64,000 nucleotides of DNA from Patescibacteria group bacterium (GTDB taxonomy: Bacteria; Patescibacteriota; Minisyncoccia; UBA6257; 02-FULL-45-10c), in the NCBI GenBank assembly GCA_018969615.1, contig JAGWYA010000001.1, positions 54,567 through 118,566 of the forward strand, written 5' to 3'. Below the pieces are notes generated by a model. It saw only the letters and a program-made list of their open reading frames with translations. It searched no databases and was not told the DNA's origin. The translations under genes and the position numbers were made by a program. Shown here piece after piece: positions 28,462 to 37,312 of this stretch; position 1 is the first letter of the stretch; every line of letters starts with the position of its first letter.

Positions 28462-29463
28462 CTATTTCTTCTTACGACGGGAGGAGGGCCGGGAATCGAT
28501 TTTCTTCTTCTTGATGATCTCATTGAGGATCTTTTTCACCCGTTCAACACTGTCCCAGTCATAGATGGAGATGACATATGTCTTCGGATTCAATTTTTTC
28601 ATTTTCGCCATCAGCGCCTTCAGTTGTTTCGGACTGACCGCATCGCTCTTGCTGATAAAAAGATATTCCTTCTTCTTCAGAAGCGCTTTATTATAGGCGC
28701 CGAGCTCTTTCCGGATCGTACGATAATCAGCGACCGGGTGCGCCGACTCAGCGGATACAAAATGAAAGAGGATGCCGGTGCGTTCCACGTGGCGGAGGAA
28801 TTTCATACCCAAGCCCTTCCCGGACGAAGCGCCTTCGATCAATCCCGGAATATCGGCAAGAATAAGCTCATAGTGCACCCCGAGGTTTGGCTCAAGCGTA
28901 GTGAACGGATAGTTCGCCACTTTGCTCTTTGCGCCGGTCAGTTCATTGAGCAGGCTCGATTTCCCGACGTTCGGCAACCCCACGAATCCGACATCGGCGA
29001 TCATCTTCAGTTCCAGCCGGAGTTTGAATTGTTCGCCGGGAAGGCCGTATTGGAAACGCTTCGGGCTCGTGTTCTTTGGCGAGCGGAACAAAAAATTACC
29101 CTTGCCGCCGTGGCCGCCTTTGGCGATCGGGATCCGTTCACCGATCTTTACGATCTCCTGTGCCGCTCCCGTATCCAAATTATGGACTACGGTCCCGACC
29201 GGTATTTTGAGCACCAGATCGTTGCCGGTCGACCCATCGCTGAATTGCCCTCGGCCGGGCCGGCCGTTCTCGGCAGAGATATCCTTTTTAAAACGGAATT
29301 GATTGAGCGCGCTCAGATCGGACACGCCTTCAAAAAAAATACTGCCGCCGTTTCCGCCGCTTCCGCCTGCAGGACCGAGCGCCATCTTGTTTTTATCGAA
29401 CGCCACGGCGCCTTGTCCGCCGTCGCCAGCCTTCACCTGGATTGTGATATCGTCGATCAGCAT
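28462..29463 (-). CDS. obg: GTPase Obg/CgtA
   Basis: N-terminal Gly-rich Obg fold (KAGDGGQGAVAF...GGNGG), G-domain GLPNVGKSSL, DIPGLIEGAS. Confidence 0.9.
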   Translation of the reverse strand: MLIDDITIQVKAGDGGQGAVAFDKNKMALGPAGGSGGNGGSIFFEGVSDLSALNQFRFKKDISAENGRPGRGQFSDGSTGNDLVLKIPVGTVVHNLDTGAAQEIVKIGERIPIAKGGHGGKGNFLFRSPKNTSPKRFQYGLPGEQFKLRLELKMIADVGFVGLPNVGKSSLLNELTGAKSKVANYPFTTLEPNLGVHYELILADIPGLIEGASSGKGLGMKFLRHVERTGILFHFVSAESAHPVADYRTIRKELGAYNKALLKKKEYLFISKSDAVSPKQLKALMAKMKKLNPKTYVISIYDWDSVERVKKILNEIIKKKKIDSRPSSRRKKK

Positions 29464-29565
29464 AGTAGTGAACCTATCTTACGTATAATCTCACAGAACA
29501 GCAAGCCCCGCTGCTAGACGGGGCAAGGGCTGTCATTCGGATGGGTTCTGCGATAGGATATCTCC

Positions 29566-30288
29566 ATGGAACCGGAACAGTATCCGATGCGGATCAATAA
29601 ATATCTCGCACTTAAAAAATATGCGAGCAGACGGGAGGCCGACGAGTTCATCAGGAACGGCTGGGTGACGATCAACGGCAAAACCGCACACCTGGGCGAT
29701 AAAGTGAACGAAGGCGATAAAGTCCGGGTGAGCGAACGCATCATGAAAGAGCGCCGCGCGCATCTTGAGTATTTTGCCTATAACAAACCGGCAGGCATCG
29801 TCTCCACGAATCCGGAAGAAGGGCAGCAGTCCATCCTTGATGTCGCCGGGATCTCAAAATACGTTTTTCCGCTCGGCCGCCTCGATCGCGAGTCCCGCGG
29901 CCTCATCCTGCTCACCAACGACGGACGCGTAACAAAAAGACTTCTCGGCCCGGAATATGAACACGAAAAAGAGTACATCGTGAAAGTCGATAAGCCGCTC
30001 GAAAAACATTTTCTCAAGCACCTGGAGACCGGCATTGATATCGAAGGGCATCGCACTAAACCGGCGACCGTCAAACAGACCGGCGAGCGCGCGTTCCGTA
30101 TTACGCTCATTGAAGGGAAGCGGCATCAGCTCCGCCGCATGTGCGCCGCATTCGGATTTATCGTAAAGGATCTTCAGCGCGTCCGCGTTATGAATATTAA
30201 ACTTGGCGGGCTTAAAGAAGGAATGTATCGCAAGATCGAAGGAGAGGAGCTGCATCAGTTCCTCAGCGAGCTTGGGCTCCGCCTGTGA
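29566..30288 (+). CDS. pseudouridine synthase, RsuA/RluB family
   Basis: S4 domain (MRINKYLA...) plus catalytic LGRLDRESRGLILLTNDG. Confidence 0.85.
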   Translation: MEPEQYPMRINKYLALKKYASRREADEFIRNGWVTINGKTAHLGDKVNEGDKVRVSERIMKERRAHLEYFAYNKPAGIVSTNPEEGQQSILDVAGISKYVFPLGRLDRESRGLILLTNDGRVTKRLLGPEYEHEKEYIVKVDKPLEKHFLKHLETGIDIEGHRTKPATVKQTGERAFRITLIEGKRHQLRRMCAAFGFIVKDLQRVRVMNIKLGGLKEGMYRKIEGEELHQFLSELGLRL

Positions 30289-30429
30289 TCGTTATTCCGC
30301 TTATTTCCTTGATGCCGACCTCTCACCGAAGAGCGACTAACGGCTCTGCAACAGCGGTACGGACAGCAGAGAGTGGATATTAAAAAGAAATATCAGTACT
30401 ATAAGAAAAGCACTTCAACGGAGGATCTC

Positions 30430-30756
30430 ATGAAGCGATCAGTGATCGCGCCGCATCGCGTCCGGCTGAATGCCGAGTCGCACTTCCGGGAACAGCTCTG
30501 TTTTCCCTGGGGAAGTCCGTTCGGCTTCGTGAACGATCGGGATTGGCGGCTGATTCAAAAACACCGGCAGCTCGATCAGCGAAAGAAGCCTCGGCGTGCA
30601 CGCTCCAAAAAAGAACAAAGCGGAAATTACGTCCTGGTCTACCGGGATACGATCGGAACCCCGATCGAACCGCCGGAGATCCGCATCGGCAGCCGTAAAG
30701 GCGAAATGACCTTCCGCGCACGCATGTTCTTGTGTTCGGAAGTTTTTCTCACCTAA
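30430..30756 (+). CDS. hypothetical basic protein
   Basis: RBS GGAGG before ATG (MKRSVIAPH...); terminator ATCACCCCGAC-CTAA-GTCGGGGTGAT-CTTTT at 30757-30792. Confidence 0.5.
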   Translation: MKRSVIAPHRVRLNAESHFREQLCFPWGSPFGFVNDRDWRLIQKHRQLDQRKKPRRARSKKEQSGNYVLVYRDTIGTPIEPPEIRIGSRKGEMTFRARMFLCSEVFLT

Positions 30757-30857
30757 CGATCATCACCCCGACCTAAGTCGGGGTGATCTTTTATGAATTG
30801 CAAAGAAAGCCGCACTCCGTTAGCATAAAAGAAGTTTTTTGAACAAGGATCAACCTC

Positions 30858-31313
30858 GTGAAAGACCAAGGTCGGCGGATCGTGTATACGATCCTTGCAG
30901 TGATCGCCGGAATATACGGAGTCTTCTGGATCATTGTTCACATCGCCTCATTTGGAAAATTCCTCATGGACACGCCATTCTGGACCGTAGCGGCCCTCTT
31001 CTGGACCGGCCTTATCCTTTGGTGCGGCACGGGGATCATATCAGAAACGATCTGGATGCGCTTTTGGAATAACGTCCGCATGAAGTATCCCGGCCTTCCT
31101 CTCGTTCCTTCAAAAGAACGGGCGGGGATCGCCTTACTCATGCATGCGTTTATGGGTCCGTTCAGCGCGCTCATAACGTACTATGCGATCCGACAGATCC
31201 AAGCGATCATAAAGCGCGCGGAGGACGATGGCGATGACGGCGGCGATATCGTCATCCATATTCCGGATCCTGATCCGAAACCAAGCGCTCCCAAGGAACC
31301 CGCTCTTCACTGA
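30858..31313 (+). CDS. membrane protein with acidic C-terminal tail (GTG start)
   Basis: RBS AAGGA, 4 TM helices, DDGDDGGD tail; terminator hairpin overlaps the stop. Confidence 0.5.
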   Translation: MKDQGRRIVYTILAVIAGIYGVFWIIVHIASFGKFLMDTPFWTVAALFWTGLILWCGTGIISETIWMRFWNNVRMKYPGLPLVPSKERAGIALLMHAFMGPFSALITYYAIRQIQAIIKRAEDDGDDGGDIVIHIPDPDPKPSAPKEPALH

Positions 31314-31394
31314 GCGGGTTTTTTATTGACACCCCCCCTAAAAAAGGTATTGTATCCATACGGACATTAACAACAAAACACCGGATGGAGGAGT

Positions 31395-31943
31395 ATGAAG
31401 TCACTGAAACTGACTGCCGTCTGCGCCGCACTGCTGCTTTGTTCTTTCGCGGCCCCTCCCGCTTTCGCGGAGAAAAAGGCCCCGCAAAAACAAGTGACCG
31501 AACAAGCCAACACGGGACAGCACAACAGCGACACCGGTAACGATCCGCGGATCGTGGATCCCGTGCGAGCCGCTAAGGTCACTCAGGGAGAATCCAACAG
31601 CGACGAGAGCAACGACACGGTCCCATTCATCGTAACACCTCCGGCCCCAAGCATCGGCGCATTTCACCTTACGACCAAAGCCACGCTTAAAGAGGCGGTG
31701 ACATACTTCGACCAGCGCGGCATGCGCCTCGCTACCTCCCAGGAACTTTTTTCCTTTCTGGCTCAAAACCCGGAAGCGTTCGAGGGAAAACTTCTTATTA
31801 CCGCAGAACTCGCGGTGCGCACCGTAACGATACAGGTAAGCCCCGGCGTTACGATACAACAGACAAAGACCTATTTCCTCCACAAAAAAGATGGCGATAC
31901 CGTGCTTCCACCGGGAAGCATGATCATGCTCGAACCCAAGTAA
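31395..31943 (+). CDS. secreted hypothetical protein
   Basis: Signal peptide MKSLKLTAVCAALLLCSFAAPPAFA, RBS GGAGGAG; terminator 31958-31990. Confidence 0.55.
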   Translation: MKSLKLTAVCAALLLCSFAAPPAFAEKKAPQKQVTEQANTGQHNSDTGNDPRIVDPVRAAKVTQGESNSDESNDTVPFIVTPPAPSIGAFHLTTKATLKEAVTYFDQRGMRLATSQELFSFLAQNPEAFEGKLLITAELAVRTVTIQVSPGVTIQQTKTYFLHKKDGDTVLPPGSMIMLEPK

Positions 31944-32061
31944 AAACTACTGGGTTTCGGAACCCGCTCTTCGCTGAGCGGGTTTTTATTTTATATTGAC
32001 CACGAAGAAAGGAGTCGTTATAGTAAGGAAGCACTTCGATAAATAAAGGGTTGGGGGAACA

Positions 32062-32304
32062 ATGAAAACACTGCTGGGACTGCCTCTTTTGGTTTTGGAA
32101 AAGATCGGCGAGCGGGCAGGCAAAGCTCTCTGCGCCCTCGGCGAACACAAACTCAAAGGGAAAGGAGTCGCTCTGGGCGTCGGCGATGCCTTCAAATGCA
32201 CCCGAAAAAAATGCACTTACGAAACGCCTGCCGTCGAATGGCCTGAACCGGGAATACCCCTTGTCGATCCCAAAATTGAGGCGCTGCCTCCATATCGACC
32301 GTAA
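32062..32304 (+). CDS. small hypothetical protein (80 aa)
   Basis: RBS GGGGGAAC; terminator CGCCGCC-TGAAAA-GGCGGC-TTTTTTATT at 32319-32345. Confidence 0.45.
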   Translation: MKTLLGLPLLVLEKIGERAGKALCALGEHKLKGKGVALGVGDAFKCTRKKCTYETPAVEWPEPGIPLVDPKIEALPPYRP

Positions 32305-32346
32305 TGCTTTTTGTTTATCGCGCCGCCTGAAAAGGCGGCTTTTTTA

Positions 32347-32850
32347 TTACAAAATTTCTAGGACGCGATACACAACGGAACCGCGCGGAGTTTTAAATAC
32401 AACCTCATCGCCGACACGATGCTTCATCAATGCAGCACCAAGAGGGGACTTGAATGAAATGCGCCCGCGGGGAGGATCGGTCTCATCGGGGCCGACGATC
32501 TGGAATGTTCTTTCTTCGCCGGATGCCAATGCCAGTTTTACCGTTGAACCGATCCGGACCGCGTCTGTCGGTCCGTCTTCTTTGATCACGACCACGCGCT
32601 TTATTTTATCTTCAATGCTTAAGATACGGCGATGCGTTCGGCGAAGAAGAGACTTTGCTTCTTTATATTCCGCGTTCTCGGAACGGTCCCCGAATGCCGC
32701 GGTGCGCTGCGTTTCCGCGATCAGTGCCGGCAAAGATCTTTTCAACCGATCATGAAGGCTTTGAAGATTTCGAAAGCCTGCCTCGGTCAAATAGACCGGG
32801 CCTTGATCGCGTACTTTTAATTTATCCCAGCGACTCTGAGGGATCTGCAT
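32347..32850 (-). CDS. greA: transcription elongation factor GreA
   Basis: GreA N-terminal coiled coil and C-terminal FKBP-like domain (RIGSTVKL...FQIVGPDETDP...ISFKSPLGAALMKHRVGDEVV). Confidence 0.85.
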   Translation of the reverse strand: MQIPQSRWDKLKVRDQGPVYLTEAGFRNLQSLHDRLKRSLPALIAETQRTAAFGDRSENAEYKEAKSLLRRTHRRILSIEDKIKRVVVIKEDGPTDAVRIGSTVKLALASGEERTFQIVGPDETDPPRGRISFKSPLGAALMKHRVGDEVVFKTPRGSVVYRVLEIL

Positions 32851-32986
32851 ACCATCCCATCTTACCAGATGGGATGGCTAGAGAATAGTTGACTTATTTC
32901 ATTATTTATGGTACTTTATATTCAGTTCGTACCACAGACCTCATCGTGGATCCCGGATGCCGAAAGGCAAGTGAAAGGAGAAACGT

Positions 32987-33361
32987 ATGACGACCGCCAA
33001 CGAGAAAGCCAAGGACGAGAAGAAGCAGCAGAGCGCGGAGACGCGCGCGAACATCGAGATCGCCCGCGAGCAGCGCGAGAAGCGCCAGGAGGCCAAGGCC
33101 AAGCGCATCGAGGACAGCATCCTCGCGCGCAGCCAGCGCACGCCGGCCGATCAGCTGGCGCTGCTGGACAAGCGCCTGGGAGTCGGCCAGGGCGCCATCG
33201 TCGAGCGGGCGCGGCTCGCCCTCGTCGCGTTCGACGCGAAGAACGGCGGGAAGGACGCGAAGCTCACCGGCGAGATGGCCATGAAGCGCAACCGCCTGGT
33301 GATGGGGCTGGACGGCTCCCGCTGCATGCGGCGCTTCGGCCTCAGTCCGCGGATGGCGTAA
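32987..33361 (+). CDS. hypothetical protein, K/E/R-rich N-terminus; compositionally foreign (GC3 ~95%)
   Basis: RBS AAAGGAG 6 nt before ATG; promoter TTGACT-N17(TGg)-TACTTT at ~32902-32933; terminator AGCCGGTTTTT-CCATAA-AAACCGGCT-TTTGTTTTT; codons almost exclusively G/C-ending. Confidence 0.55.
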   Translation: MTTANEKAKDEKKQQSAETRANIEIAREQREKRQEAKAKRIEDSILARSQRTPADQLALLDKRLGVGQGAIVERARLALVAFDAKNGGKDAKLTGEMAMKRNRLVMGLDGSRCMRRFGLSPRMA

Positions 33362-33444
33362 GGCAGTAGGTTTTCCAGCCGGTTTTTCCATAAAAACCGG
33401 CTTTTGTTTTTCTTGAAAATGATCATTATGGTATACTAAATGAT

Positions 33445-33615
33445 ATGGAAAAAATTCATGGGGCATGGCGCCAGTTCGTGGATACTTCGCATCATGCGTT
33501 TAAATTTAGGATCGGAAATCTGGTCGCCTCATCACTGTCGGGCTTCATTGCCGGCGTGATCTTCACGTCGATCTTTTGGGCAGTCCTGTTCTACCTTTTC
33601 GTGAACGTGCACTAA
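33445..33615 (+). CDS. small membrane protein (57 aa; absent from the ORF track)
   Basis: TGGTATACT extended -10 8 nt upstream of ATG; MEKIHGAWRQFVDTSHHAFKFRIGNLVASSLSGFIAGVIFTSIFWAVLFYLFVNVH with one TM helix. Confidence 0.4.
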   Translation: MEKIHGAWRQFVDTSHHAFKFRIGNLVASSLSGFIAGVIFTSIFWAVLFYLFVNVH

Positions 33616-33623
33616 TCGGTTCC

Positions 33624-34085
33624 ATGCCCGATACGACAGCTCAAAAAGAAGAAAAGGAGGTCAAAAAGATCGCCGCTGAATTAAAGGTCAATTTACCGAC
33701 CAAGCGCATGCCGATCCTGATCAAGCTGATCGTTCTTTTTCTGCTCGCCGGCGGGTTCAGTATCATCGGCAGTCTTTTCACGAACATCATTAACACCGAT
33801 CCGATCGATCTCTGGAGCTATATCCTTCGGGTGGTCTTCGGTTTTCTGATCATTACGATGGCGTACGGGATCATCGAAAAGAAAAGCTGGGCGCTCTGGC
33901 TTTACGCGCTTTTGGCTCTGATCGGCCTGGCAACCAACCCGATCCCGGTCATCTTACCAATCATCATCCTGATCTATTTGTTCTCCAAGCGCGAATATTT
34001 TACGTCGTGCATTCTCGATAAAACATGCAAAGCCATTTGGGACCGGATCATCAGTCTTCTGCCCCGGAAAACAAAGGCATCATAG
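33624..34085 (+). CDS. membrane protein (4 TM)
   Basis: Start at MPDTTAQKEEK just after the preceding stop; hydrophobic helices. Confidence 0.5.
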   Translation: MPDTTAQKEEKEVKKIAAELKVNLPTKRMPILIKLIVLFLLAGGFSIIGSLFTNIINTDPIDLWSYILRVVFGFLIITMAYGIIEKKSWALWLYALLALIGLATNPIPVILPIIILIYLFSKREYFTSCILDKTCKAIWDRIISLLPRKTKAS

Positions 34086-34197
34086 GTTGAGCCGCCGGGA
34101 ACGCATTGAGCATCATCCTTTCAGAAGGGCTTCTCCGCCGTCGGACATTTCGAAAATAAAGAGGAAGCGCTATGATAAGAGAAAGAGATACGCCTCT

Positions 34198-35562
34198 ATG
34201 ACACTTTTTCTCCGTAATAAATATATCAGCCTTCTCACGCTTGCATCCCTGCTTGCGGCATTCGCGCCGTCCGCATCCGTTATGGCGCAAACGCTGACCA
34301 GCGCCGAACGCGCCCAGCTTGAACAGCAGCTCGCACAGGTCCAGGCGGAACAGGCGCAGGCCCAAAGCCAGCTAGCTACCGCGCAATCAAAGTCGCGGTC
34401 GCTTCAAAACGATATCGACGTCCTGGCGGCGAAGGTCCGGGCTGAACAGCTCGACATCCAGGCGAAGAACCTTTTGATCCAAACACTTGGCGATAATATC
34501 ACCACGAAACAGGCCGAGATCGCATCGCTGGATGCGCAGATCGCTCAAAATAAACAAAGCATCTCTGACATCTTCCGCGCCCTGCAGCAAAGCGAGGACA
34601 CTCCGTTACTGGAATCGCTTCTGAAGAACAATTCGCTTTCGCAGCTATTCGATTATTCCATTGACCTCATCTCGCTGCAGCAGGGGATCGACACGCTTTC
34701 CGCGCAACTCGTTGCGAATGAGGCATCCAGTACGGCGGAAAAGGCGGTCCTGGTCGACCGGCAGAACGCCGCCGTCGATGCGCGCTATACGATCCAGCAG
34801 GAGCAAAAATCGCTCCAATCGAACCAATATCAGCAGCAGCAGCTTCTTTCGATCAGCAAGAACAATGAAGCGGCTTATTCCGCTCTCGTAACCGCGAAAA
34901 AAAAGGAAGCGGATGCCATTAATGCGAAGCTCTTCGTCCTTGCCGGCGGATCGAACCCGATCCCGTTCGGCAAAGCCTATCAATACGCCGTTGCCGCCTC
35001 GAACATAACCGGCGTTGATCCGGCATTCCTGCTTGCGATCCTGACCCAGGAATCAAACCTCGGTACGAACCAGGGAATGTGCTTCCTGAGAGACACCTCC
35101 ACCGGGTCCGGTGTCGGCGCGCATACCGGACGGACCTTTGAGAACGTCATGAGCCTGGGCAATATTCCCGACTTTATGACGATCACCTCCACGCTCGGGA
35201 TCGATCCGTTCAACACCGTTGTTTCATGCCCGCAATCGATCGGCTACGGCGGCGCCATGGGTCCGGCTCAATTTGAACCCTCTACCTGGATGCTGTTCTC
35301 TAACCGCGTCGGGAAAGCGCTCGGATTCACCAGCATGGCCGATCCATGGAACCCGCAGGACGCGTTCATGGCCTCCGCGCTATACTTGTCCGACCTCGGC
35401 GCCGGCGCAGGAACCTGGACCGCCGAAAGTAACGCGGCATGCCGCTACTATTCGGGCCGCACCTGCGCCCACTCATCGCTTATCGCAAGTTACGGCTATA
35501 GCGTCATGTCGCTCGCATCTTCGATCCAGCAGAACGAGATCAATAAGCTGACGGGGATCTAA
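34198..35562 (+). CDS. secreted coiled-coil protein with C-terminal lysozyme-like (SLT) domain
   Basis: Signal peptide, ~200-aa Q/A-rich coiled coil, then AFLLAILTQESNLG catalytic-Glu motif of lytic transglycosylases. Confidence 0.6.
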   Translation: MTLFLRNKYISLLTLASLLAAFAPSASVMAQTLTSAERAQLEQQLAQVQAEQAQAQSQLATAQSKSRSLQNDIDVLAAKVRAEQLDIQAKNLLIQTLGDNITTKQAEIASLDAQIAQNKQSISDIFRALQQSEDTPLLESLLKNNSLSQLFDYSIDLISLQQGIDTLSAQLVANEASSTAEKAVLVDRQNAAVDARYTIQQEQKSLQSNQYQQQQLLSISKNNEAAYSALVTAKKKEADAINAKLFVLAGGSNPIPFGKAYQYAVAASNITGVDPAFLLAILTQESNLGTNQGMCFLRDTSTGSGVGAHTGRTFENVMSLGNIPDFMTITSTLGIDPFNTVVSCPQSIGYGGAMGPAQFEPSTWMLFSNRVGKALGFTSMADPWNPQDAFMASALYLSDLGAGAGTWTAESNAACRYYSGRTCAHSSLIASYGYSVMSLASSIQQNEINKLTGI

Positions 35563-35643
35563 TAAACTTACTTTTTTATATTTCATTGCTTTATCTCCAC
35601 CGGGGGATTAAGCTTTATTTATTACTTTGAAAAGGAGGGTGAT

Positions 35644-35988
35644 GTGAAATCGGAAAATGAGGATATCGTCATCAAGGAAATAGAAGGGGTCTCGAATGCG
35701 CGAGAATTACATTTGCGCACGCTCTTGAGCGATTTCCCTGAGCATTACGAATGCCAGGCCGATGCCGTTCGATTCAATGTGAACGAACAGGCCGATAACC
35801 AAGCGTATGTTCTCGCAGGAAGTATGTTTCGCGCGACCGGCGTTCAAGAAGTGGAAATACACCGCTATATCGTTACGGTATGGATCAGCGCGGCTTTTCA
35901 GTGGGAAGAGCTTGAGAAAGAAATATGCGGAGTACTCCGCGCCTACCTCAAGATCAAGCACGCCGAAAATCAAAAGCCGAAGGAATGA
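35644..35988 (+). CDS. hypothetical protein (GTG start)
   Basis: RBS AAAGGAGGG; terminator ATCCGCTC-GAAA-GAGCGGAT-TTTTT at 36003-36030. Confidence 0.5.
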   Translation: MKSENEDIVIKEIEGVSNARELHLRTLLSDFPEHYECQADAVRFNVNEQADNQAYVLAGSMFRATGVQEVEIHRYIVTVWISAAFQWEELEKEICGVLRAYLKIKHAENQKPKE

Positions 35989-36095
35989 TCTCTGTATGAT
36001 CCGCTCGAAAGAGCGGATTTTTTATGAACAAAGAGGGAAGTGAGGCGGTTGAATTTCCGTTTCGATTCGTTTAAACTAGTTTCATTGCCAGATCG

Positions 36096-36166
36096 TCTAA
36101 TGGTAGGACACAGGACTCTGAATCCTGTTATCTTGGTTCGAATCCAAGTCTGGCAGCAAATAAAAA
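36096..36166 (+). tRNA. tRNA-Gln (anticodon CUG)
   Basis: Acceptor TGCCAGA/TCTGGCA, D arm GTCT-AATGGTA-GGAC, anticodon arm CAGGA-CTCTGAA-TCCTG, T arm CTTGG-TTCGAAT-CCAAG, discriminator G; CCA not encoded. Confidence 0.85.
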
Positions 36167-36343
36167 ATCTCTCTGGGCACAGCCGGGGAGATCTTTTATT
36201 TTGTTAGGATTCGAACCAGCCGCACCCCGTATCAGGAAGGCAGGAGCGAAGCGACGTTGGAAACCGAAGGTGTCCAAGACGGGGGTCGGGGTGCGGCGTG
36301 GTTCGAGTGAGCGAGCGGGTCATCTGACCGCGAGTGAAACTTA

Positions 36344-36360
36344 AATCCAAGTCTGGCAGC
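36344..36360 (+). repeat. exact 17-nt duplicate of the tRNA-Gln 3' end (att-like direct repeat)
   Basis: AATCCAAGTCTGGCAGC identical to 36151-36167; preceding CTTAAATCC resembles the T-loop. Confidence 0.8.
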
Positions 36361-36397
36361 TAGTAGCTTCAAAAAACCCGGCACTTAGCCGGGTTAG

Positions 36398-36601
36398 TTA
36401 CAAACTATTTTTTTTGGTTATTTCGATAAGATTGGGGTTCCGAATATATTCATTGCCTTGAATTTGGATCTTCCAGTTATTGAATTCATGTAGGACTTGC
36501 TCACGACTACCAATCATTGAAAGTTCTACATGATGCCATTTTCTACCCCTGAATTTTCTTTCCTGATAATGAATTTGAAACTCCGTTGAGATAGTGGTCA
36601 T
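36398..36601 (-). CDS. hypothetical protein (AT-rich)
   Basis: RBS GGAGGGG before ATG (MTTISTEF...); terminator AACCCGGC-ACTTA-GCCGGGTT at 36371-36395. Confidence 0.4.
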   Translation of the reverse strand: MTTISTEFQIHYQERKFRGRKWHHVELSMIGSREQVLHEFNNWKIQIQGNEYIRNPNLIEITKKNSL

Positions 36602-36680
36602 CACCCCTCCGCGATTCAAAGATCTAATTTAGATATAATAATAAAAATAGGCCGTCCTGTCAATTATTGTCCTTTTTCTG

Positions 36681-36712
36681 AGTTCGAAAGCTGTCCAAGA
36701 CCCCCAGATAGT
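36681..36712 (+). repeat. degenerate tRNA-3'-end-like repeat B
   Basis: GTTCGAAAGCTGTCCAAGACCCCCAGAT; 24/26 identical to copy C (37313-37340); shares GTTCGAA..TCCAAG with the tRNA T-arm/acceptor. Confidence 0.6.
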
Positions 36713-36748
36713 ATTGATAAAAAGATATAAATTTTTTAACATTAAAAC

Positions 36749-37267
36749 ATGGGATTCGAAAATATGAATCGGGCAATGCCAAGTCCTGAAAAAAAGGCTG
36801 AAGTAGCCTCAAATGAAAAGAAGGCTCAGCTTGAGGCAAACATGCTGAAAGCAAAGTTAAAAGAAAGGCTTGATTTTGGCAAGGAGCCCACAAAAGAAGA
36901 CTACGATGTTGCCCTCCAAGAACTGGAAGAGCTGAAAAAGCTTGCCGAAAAGGACCCTGAAGGACTTGAGAAAATTGTGCAATATGCAAGTCGATCTGCC
37001 ATAGGCGCTGCGACTGCGCTTAGTACTATTGGTGCGCTCGCCGAAGAAACGCTGATCAAAGCAGGTCTTTTTGACGCGGGAGGGGAAAATGGCTCGATCA
37101 TGGGCGGAGAAGGACATGGTTATGGCGATATTTTAAAGAAGAAAGCTGATTTTATAAAAAAACTTTTTACCAAAGACAGCGAAGTGCTTTGGAATGACGC
37201 CCAAAGGCAGATCCTAGCTCTTCAGAAAGAAGCTGGCCGGATCGCAGAAGATGAATCATCTAAGTAG
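36749..37267 (+). CDS. hypothetical protein (172 aa)
   Basis: Lys/Glu-rich N-terminus; bracketed by direct repeats B and C. Confidence 0.5.
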   Translation: MGFENMNRAMPSPEKKAEVASNEKKAQLEANMLKAKLKERLDFGKEPTKEDYDVALQELEELKKLAEKDPEGLEKIVQYASRSAIGAATALSTIGALAEETLIKAGLFDAGGENGSIMGGEGHGYGDILKKKADFIKKLFTKDSEVLWNDAQRQILALQKEAGRIAEDESSK

Positions 37268-37312
37268 GGAGCGGCGCTCAGTAAGCGCCGTTTCTATTTT
37301 GAAAATATAGTA

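Noticed and set aside
36180-36343. A second tRNA between tRNA-Gln and its 3'-end duplicate
   Set aside because: The segment has a TTCGA-like motif and a long 18-bp hairpin, but no cloverleaf with matching acceptor halves could be folded. Only the 3' 17-23 nt is tRNA-derived.
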